Of a stretch of 64,000 nucleotides of DNA, positions 57,665 to 64,000 are shown in pieces. The position numbers and the translations under genes were made by a program. The DNA lies in the NCBI GenBank assembly GCA_963811095.1, contig CAWEQA010000018.1, positions 581,456 to 645,455 on the forward strand, read 5' to 3'. The notes beneath the pieces were generated by a model. The model did no database searches. It was not told where the DNA came from and saw only the letters and a program-made list of their open reading frames with translations. The stretch's first letter is position 1; each line of letters starts with the position of its first letter. This DNA comes from an uncultured Acidobacteriaceae bacterium (GTDB lineage: Bacteria; Acidobacteriota; Terriglobia; Terriglobales; Acidobacteriaceae).

Positions 57665-60025
57665 ATGGATTGTTTTCCAACCGAGGATCCCTTGCGAAAA
57701 TTCTTGTCTTCCGTGGTGTCTTGTCTGTTCGTTGCCTCAGTCTTGTTCCCCCTGGCGGGGTGCATCGCCCACGCCCCAAGCAAGAGTGGGGGAGGAGGCG
57801 GCAACCAGCAAACGACTGTGACGGTGACGCCCACGGCCGCCACCGTATCGGGCGGAAGCACGACGACGTTTACCGCCACGGTAACCGGACCACAGGAGAC
57901 AGCGGTGACGTGGAATGTAAACGGCATCCAGAACGGGAATTCGACGGTTGGCACCCTGACCGCCGGGACGAACTCTTCTGGCACCACGACAGCGGTTTAC
58001 ACGGCGCCAACGACGGTTCCAACCCCGCCGACCGTCTCAATAACAGCGGTTTCGGTCGCTAACAACACGAGTTCAGCACCATCGACGGTAACGATAACGC
58101 CATCGACGGTCAATGTGGCTATCTCGCCCACTACCGCCACTGTCGACGCCGGAACGACTCAGACGTTCACTGCCACCGTGACGGGAACCACGAACTTTGG
58201 TGTTGGTTGGTATGTAAATGACATCTTGAACGGCAACTCGAGCGTCGGAACGATCACCGCCAGTAGCACTTCTACAGGATCGACGGCCATCTACACGGCT
58301 CCTACGGTCGCGCCGTCAAATGCGTTCCCCGCCACGATCACCGCCGTGTCGGTCGCTGACGCAGGAGCGGTGGGCACGGCAGTCGCGACAATTCCGCCGA
58401 TTGTCGTCACACTTTCTCCCGCGTCGGGGGTGTCCATACCCGTAAGCGGAACTCAAGAGTTCACAGCGACAGTGACCGGCACTGGCGACACCGCAGTCGT
58501 GAATTGGCAGGTGAACGGGATCTCCGGAGGCAACTCCAACATAGGCACGATCGCTCAGACAAGTTCGAATGCGGCCGTGTACACCGCTCCGGCGACTGTC
58601 AGCGCATCTCCGTTCATCATTACAATTAGCGCCGTCTCAGGGGCCGACTCATTTTCCATCGGGCAGATCCAAGGTAACGTGCATGTGACGGTCAGTATTT
58701 CCCCCGCCACCGATTCGATCGGGCAAGGTGCTAACCTGCAGTACACAGCGACTGTAAATGGTGCCCCAAACACTGCCCAAGGCCAAGATGTCGTCTGGAG
58801 CGCGAGTTGTCCCACGTGTCAAGGCGGACAAACCGGAGGCACGTTCGACCCAAATAATCCTGGGCTTTATGTTGCGCCGGGGCTCCAGCAGGGAACGACC
58901 TCTGCAACGGTGACCGTAACCGCGACGCCGAATTTCGATCCAACACAACCAGGCACGGCGACCATGAATGTACAGCAGACGGACCCATTGGGCACTGTTT
59001 CTAACGTTCAGTCCCTGTCTCCGTCCCAATGCCCGGCTGACTCAAACGGCAAGCTGACGAACGGAACCTGCTACTCGATGACGGTGTCCTGTGATGGGGT
59101 CTCGGATTTGACGAGCTACTTGAAAGTGAACGCAACAGCCACTCCCGTCGGAACGGTGCTTTTCCTGATCGGCGGTGGCGGAAATGGCCTGTACGACTCC
59201 AACCCATCGTGGGCGTATGGATATGAGGCGGTGGAAAATGTCTTTAACGCGAACTTCAACACCGTTCAGGTCTCGTTCGGCCTTCCCTTTAACGCCAACC
59301 AGCCCAACGGTTGGCTCCAAGGGCCGGGTGGAGTCCGCCGTTTGGCTTGCCGCTACGCCACAGTCGCCGATTGGGTCTACAACAACCCGAAAATGATTAA
59401 CCCAGGCACCTCGTCCACGACGAGCGCGCCATTCTGCGCAACTGGGAACAGCGGAGGATCCGGAGCCTTGGCTTACGCGGCGTTTGAGTATGGGCTGGCG
59501 GGCGCTGCCTCCACGGGTCCGACCCAAGAGTTCAGCTTCATCGAACCCACAAGTGGTCCTGTTATGACTCGACTCGATCAAGCTTGCGTCTGCAACAATA
59601 ACGCGATGGGGCCGAAAGGACCCTGCACGACTGATACCGGTCCCACGCCGATGTGTTTCTCGCCGTCCGAAGCGGCTATTATCGATCCGGCGTACCAGGT
59701 CCAAGGGCAATCTAACCAACCCACCCTATGCTCGAACGGGCTCAGCGGAACGGATACCGCAAATGCGAATCGGTTTGCGTCCGATAGCATTGAGTATGCG
59801 CCGAATAACGCTCTTCCCATTCCCCTTTCCAAGTCAGTAATCGTCAACATGCGGTTCGGAGGTTACGACACAACGACAGCCGTGCCTCAGGGCGAGGTGT
59901 GGTGGGGAGCCGTCAGCCCCAAGCCGACGGCGCCAGCGTGTTCGGAATCCGCAGGGCATGAAATTCCCGACGACAACCAGGGTGCAATCGACATTGCGAA
60001 TGACATCGTCACGGGGTGCCACTAG
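57665..60025 (+). CDS. lipoprotein with four Ig-like (Big_2-like) repeats and a C-terminal alpha/beta-hydrolase-like domain
   Basis: ATG 57665 gives the lipobox LFPLAGC. Four ~95-aa repeats of the form T.TFTATVTG....V.W.VNG...GNS.VGT.....YTAP. GxSxG-like GNSGG lies in the C-terminal domain. Confidence 0.7.
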   Translation: MDCFPTEDPLRKFLSSVVSCLFVASVLFPLAGCIAHAPSKSGGGGGNQQTTVTVTPTAATVSGGSTTTFTATVTGPQETAVTWNVNGIQNGNSTVGTLTAGTNSSGTTTAVYTAPTTVPTPPTVSITAVSVANNTSSAPSTVTITPSTVNVAISPTTATVDAGTTQTFTATVTGTTNFGVGWYVNDILNGNSSVGTITASSTSTGSTAIYTAPTVAPSNAFPATITAVSVADAGAVGTAVATIPPIVVTLSPASGVSIPVSGTQEFTATVTGTGDTAVVNWQVNGISGGNSNIGTIAQTSSNAAVYTAPATVSASPFIITISAVSGADSFSIGQIQGNVHVTVSISPATDSIGQGANLQYTATVNGAPNTAQGQDVVWSASCPTCQGGQTGGTFDPNNPGLYVAPGLQQGTTSATVTVTATPNFDPTQPGTATMNVQQTDPLGTVSNVQSLSPSQCPADSNGKLTNGTCYSMTVSCDGVSDLTSYLKVNATATPVGTVLFLIGGGGNGLYDSNPSWAYGYEAVENVFNANFNTVQVSFGLPFNANQPNGWLQGPGGVRRLACRYATVADWVYNNPKMINPGTSSTTSAPFCATGNSGGSGALAYAAFEYGLAGAASTGPTQEFSFIEPTSGPVMTRLDQACVCNNNAMGPKGPCTTDTGPTPMCFSPSEAAIIDPAYQVQGQSNQPTLCSNGLSGTDTANANRFASDSIEYAPNNALPIPLSKSVIVNMRFGGYDTTTAVPQGEVWWGAVSPKPTAPACSESAGHEIPDDNQGAIDIANDIVTGCH

Positions 60026-60099
60026 GCCGATAGCATGCTTTGAATACGACAAGGCCCGCCGACGATCAGCGGGCCTTATTGTTCTGTTCGATAACCCTG

Positions 60100-61599
60100 C
60101 TATTGGCAGGTCGACAGCTTGAAGTTCGCGATCCGTGTATCCCAGTCAATCGCAGTTCCGGTCTCGGCCACTTTGTAGTACTGGTTCACGTACCAGAACG
60201 TGCAGCCATCCACAGGATCCACGGTCATGCTGGTGTAATCGCCCCAGTGGCTGGAGTTTTCCTCGTCGCCGATTCCATTCTGAATCGCAATCTCAACCGG
60301 GGCGGTCTTGCCCGGAAGACTCCAATACGCCGCCCGGATGCCCGGTTCGACCGCACTGCTCGACACGCTGTATCCCGCCGCTGCGTTGCCCACTTTGTCC
60401 TGCGCGATGCTGGGCATAAAGCGGTAGAGGCTGTTGCCGTTGTTCACCGTACCGCTCTGATACAGGGTCGGATTGCCCGCCCCGCGCAGCTCATACCACC
60501 GGATTCCCGTCTGCTGATTCGTACCGGCTGTCATCTGCACCGTGTGGCTGATCAGAAACGACTGGTAGGTCCCGAAATTCCGGTAGCTCAGGCGCGGCAT
60601 AAGGCGATCACCCACCGAATCCACATAAACGCCTGTGCTCCTGCTCGACGGCTCGTTCACACAGAACGTGTTCGCGACCTGAGCAACGTCATAGCAGCCC
60701 GGTTCGTAGCTGGGAACCGTAATCTGCGACTTACCAAACGTGCTAAGGGTCGGAGTCTTCCAGTTCACATGGAAATTCCACAAGTTCAGTTTCGTCGAGG
60801 TCGTGGTCTTCCCATCATTGAGAGGATTCTGGATGCTCAGAAAATATTCATGGCGTCCAGCTGGCGGAGCCGTAGTGCCATCCAGATCGGCGGGAATCAA
60901 GCTGTGCTTTAGATACAAGGTGCCGTTTGGGGGAATCGGGTTGGGATCGCTGAAACACTGCATGGCGCGCGCGGTTCCGCCGATCAGCATGTTCGTGCGG
61001 TCCAGAGCACAGGCGACCACCCCAATATTCGTGTATTGGTTATTGGTGTCCTGCAGAACAAAGCTCACGTAGTAGCCGTCGCTCCACGTTCCGAACTTGG
61101 GCCAGTCGGGCCAGTACACATTCCCGTGGGAGTTGGTTCCCAGCACCGAGTTCAGCGAGAATTCGTACGTGAACCACGCCAGCGTCGCGGACCTGAGATC
61201 GTCCGTATTCGAGATGGCGACGCAGTAGTAATACGTATTGCTAGCGGGCGTGCCGCGCCGCGCAATCACCCAGCGCGAAGCCAGGCGGTCAAATGTGATG
61301 ATGCCATCACCCCCGCCCGCGCCGTAGCAATTCGTCATGTTGTTGTTCCGCCACGGCGTGTCCCCATTCTGCGGGCTTGCCCACACCGGTGCGAATGACG
61401 TCTTGTCATAGGCCTGGTAGAACGTGTTCACCCACTCCATGTACTGCTTCGTACCCACGGCGCCGTTGGGATCGATGTCGTAACCCGGGCCGGATACTTG
61501 CGAGGCATCCATGCCTTCGAAAGACGAGACTGTTTGGCTCTGAACCGCGAAGGGCAGGATGAGCGCGAGGACCGCCAGGATTGCTGTCTTAAAGGTCAT
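60100..61599 (-). CDS. secreted hypothetical protein
   Basis: ATG 61599 gives the signal peptide MTFKTAILAVLALILPFAVQSQ. 499 aa, no motif I can name. Confidence 0.6.
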   Translation of the reverse strand: MTFKTAILAVLALILPFAVQSQTVSSFEGMDASQVSGPGYDIDPNGAVGTKQYMEWVNTFYQAYDKTSFAPVWASPQNGDTPWRNNNMTNCYGAGGGDGIITFDRLASRWVIARRGTPASNTYYYCVAISNTDDLRSATLAWFTYEFSLNSVLGTNSHGNVYWPDWPKFGTWSDGYYVSFVLQDTNNQYTNIGVVACALDRTNMLIGGTARAMQCFSDPNPIPPNGTLYLKHSLIPADLDGTTAPPAGRHEYFLSIQNPLNDGKTTTSTKLNLWNFHVNWKTPTLSTFGKSQITVPSYEPGCYDVAQVANTFCVNEPSSRSTGVYVDSVGDRLMPRLSYRNFGTYQSFLISHTVQMTAGTNQQTGIRWYELRGAGNPTLYQSGTVNNGNSLYRFMPSIAQDKVGNAAAGYSVSSSAVEPGIRAAYWSLPGKTAPVEIAIQNGIGDEENSSHWGDYTSMTVDPVDGCTFWYVNQYYKVAETGTAIDWDTRIANFKLSTCQ

Positions 61600-61987
61600 A
61601 TAGGTTTTTCTCGATTTCTTACGAATCACCGTGCGACGAGTCACGGAAGGGGAGGTCTTGCAATAAAACTACCATGAGTCCAACGCCGGGCCTAGGAGAC
61701 AAAAGACTCCGTGACCATCCCCGAATGCGCACTCGAGTGTGCAAGAACTTTCATCATTGACATAGCCCCCGGGGGGACCAAGAATGGTCAAACGATTCTG
61801 CCCGAAGTGATACGCGCCAGTATCCCCCCTTCGTTGTCGGCAATCGATTAAGACTGGGAAAGTTCTGCAGGCAAGAGCGTTTCTGGTCTGCTAAGACTTC
61901 TCCTCCCCTGCTTGCGATCTGAAAATGCTACGAAGCGCGGTGAATTCTGCGCGAGGTTGTTGCAGGGGTGTCATGAAAGGGGCACGC

Positions 61988-64000
61988 ATGGGTTCTGACC
62001 GTCTCCCAAGAGTAAGCGGCATTCTTGTTGTCGCGATATTGGCTCTCACCTCCGGCCTCGCCGTCCTGCCGCAAGCCGCTGCCCAGGTCAACGTGCTCAC
62101 AAACAAGATGGATAACTCCCGCACGGGCCAGAACATCAGCGAGACGAAGCTTACGACGTCGAACGTGAATTCCAACATGTTTGGAAAGCTGTTCGCCTTC
62201 AACGTCGATGGCTATGTGCAGGCCCAGCCGCTCTACATGTCCGCTCTGATGGTGAATGGAGTCGCGCATAACGTCGTTTTCGTCGCTACCCAGCATGACA
62301 GCGTGTTCGCAATTGATGCCGATACCGGCCTTCAACTCTGGCAAGCCAGCTTCATCAACCCGGCAGCAGGAATAACCACGGTCCCAGCCCAGGCTGAGGG
62401 TTGCAATAACGTGACCGGCTTCAACGAACTGGGCATCGTCAGCACTCCAGTCATCGACCCGACCACGGGAACCCTCTATGTGACCGCGAAAACCCAGGAG
62501 ATCGTCTCGGGGCACTACACCTACGTGTACCGGTTGCATGCTCTGGATGTCACCTCTGGCCTTGAGAAGCTGGGCGGCCCGGTGCAGATTACCGGTCAGA
62601 TCGGCAGTCTGACCTTTACCCCTCTCAAGCAGATCCAGCGGCCCGGACTTCTGCTTTCCAATGGCACCCTCTACCTCGGATTTGGCTCGAATGGTTGCGA
62701 CTTCAATGCGCGCGGCTGGCTATTTGCGTACGGCGCGTCGAACCTGCAACAGATCGCGGAAATGACCACACAGCCCGACAACAGCTACGGCAGTTCCATC
62801 TGGCAGGGTGGCGTTGGTCCCGCGGCAGACAGCGCCGGCAATGTGTTTTTCTCGACCGCGAATGGCAGCTTCAACTTCAGCACCCAAGACTTCGGCGATA
62901 GCGTCCTGAAGGTCTCCTTGGGTACGGACACGCTTTCTGTCGCAGACTATTTCACGCCCTTCGACCAGGCCAACATGGCAGCTACCGATCTCGATCTGGG
63001 CTCCGGCGGTGTAACGCTTCTTCCGACCCAGGGCAGTAACACTCCAAACTTGCTGGTCACTTCTGGGAAAGACGCCGACATCTATCTCATCAACCGGGAC
63101 AATCTGGGCTTATACAATCCCACCAACAATGACCAGATCCCCCAATACCTACCCGCCGCACTCAGCGGCGAATTGTTTGGCAGCCCGGTGTACTGGAACA
63201 ATACGGTTTATTTTCTGGCTCACCAGGACTACCTGAAGGCATATTCCTTAAGCGTCAACAGCAGCAACAAGAGCGTGCTCTCCACCACTCCAGTCGCACA
63301 AACGAACGTAAAGCTTACGAACATCGGCTTTCCCGTGGTCTCGGCGAATGGAACCAGCAACGGCATCGTGTGGGTCGTGCGCAGCGTCAAGGGCGTCCAG
63401 TTAATGTCCGCATTTGACGCGGTCCGTCTGGTTCTGCTCTATGATTCCGGAATGGCCGCGGGTGGTCGCGACTCACTCGGAGCGATCGGGCACTCGGCTA
63501 CTCCCATTGTTGCGAATGGCAAAGTATACGCGGGCACCCAGACTCAGTTGGTCTCGTACGGCTTGTTCCCAGAAGTCAATGCAGTTAGCGGCGGCGGACA
63601 GACGGGATACGCAGGCACGACCTTGCCGATTCCGATCACGGTGAAAGCGACCAATCCTTACACTGGGGCTGCGATCCCTGGTGTAACGGTAACCTTTGGC
63701 GATGCCGGGAAGAAAGGCACCTTCAGCAATCCGACTGCGGTTACCGACAGCAACGGCCAGGCTTCGAGCACGTACACTCTTCCCAATCTTCCCCAGACTC
63801 TGACCCTCACGGTATCCTCTCCTGGATATTCTTCGGCTACCTTCACCGAGCAGGACAATGTCGGTCCCGTGGCCGCCATGTCCGTGGTCTCAGGCTCGAA
63901 ACAGGTGGGAACGGTTGGCACCACTCTACCTCTTCCGATTGTCGTTCGAGCGAAAGATGCGGTCGGGAATGTTGTGCCCGGAGCGACCGTAGCCTTCACG
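61988..64000 (+). CDS. secreted PQQ-like beta-propeller protein followed by Big_1-like Ig domains, 3' end cut by window edge
   Basis: Not in the supplied track. I translated 671 codons from ATG 61988 to base 64000 and found no stop. Signal peptide ...PQAAAQ. NVVFVATQHDSVFAIDADTGLQLW propeller blades. Repeated GYAGTTLPIPITVKA / GTVGTTLPLPIVVRA Ig starts. Confidence 0.8.
   Translation, partial: MGSDRLPRVSGILVVAILALTSGLAVLPQAAAQVNVLTNKMDNSRTGQNISETKLTTSNVNSNMFGKLFAFNVDGYVQAQPLYMSALMVNGVAHNVVFVATQHDSVFAIDADTGLQLWQASFINPAAGITTVPAQAEGCNNVTGFNELGIVSTPVIDPTTGTLYVTAKTQEIVSGHYTYVYRLHALDVTSGLEKLGGPVQITGQIGSLTFTPLKQIQRPGLLLSNGTLYLGFGSNGCDFNARGWLFAYGASNLQQIAEMTTQPDNSYGSSIWQGGVGPAADSAGNVFFSTANGSFNFSTQDFGDSVLKVSLGTDTLSVADYFTPFDQANMAATDLDLGSGGVTLLPTQGSNTPNLLVTSGKDADIYLINRDNLGLYNPTNNDQIPQYLPAALSGELFGSPVYWNNTVYFLAHQDYLKAYSLSVNSSNKSVLSTTPVAQTNVKLTNIGFPVVSANGTSNGIVWVVRSVKGVQLMSAFDAVRLVLLYDSGMAAGGRDSLGAIGHSATPIVANGKVYAGTQTQLVSYGLFPEVNAVSGGGQTGYAGTTLPIPITVKATNPYTGAAIPGVTVTFGDAGKKGTFSNPTAVTDSNGQASSTYTLPNLPQTLTLTVSSPGYSSATFTEQDNVGPVAAMSVVSGSKQVGTVGTTLPLPIVVRAKDAVGNVVPGATVAFT

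Noticed and set aside
1-64000. CRISPR arrays, transposases, integrases, prophage or restriction-modification genes.
   Set aside because: None was seen. The only repeats are short palindromic intergenic elements and intragenic Ig-domain repeats.

Overview
GC-rich bacterial chromosomal segment with about 55 protein-coding genes. I found no rRNA, tRNA, CRISPR array, transposase or integrase. The gene content suggests Acidobacteriota, but that is inference only: two giant CarboxypepD_reg-type TonB-dependent outer-membrane proteins, a pair of MacB/FtsX-like permeases without an ATPase, many secreted Ig-repeat proteins, and characteristic palindromic intergenic repeats. Bases 1-34000 are mostly housekeeping: an ECF sigma operon, mntH, UbiD, metH, nrdR, an isocitrate dehydrogenase, Fpg/Nei and hemH. 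Four things stand out. (1) At 34.4-45.3 kb there is a respiratory module: Rieske protein, split cytochrome b, a ~1088-aa eight-haem cytochrome c, an amicyanin-like cupredoxin lipoprotein, haem A synthase, an ABC exporter and DUF420. Every intergenic spacer between its first five genes holds a palindromic repeat. (2) At 50-64 kb there is an accessory-looking region with two tandem flavin-dependent halogenase paralogues. They have no PKS, NRPS or carrier-protein context and sit among secreted esterase-like, Ig-repeat and propeller proteins. (3) About ten reading-frame lesions occur in five conserved genes: a TPR gene, metH, hemH, the Rieske N-terminus and the octahaem cytochrome. These are either residual indel errors in the assembly or real decay, and the sequence alone cannot decide. 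(4) At least five families of short palindromic (REP-like) repeats are present, one with a compensatory stem mutation. A 671-codon ORF that runs off the 3' window edge (61988..64000, +) is missing from the supplied ORF track.
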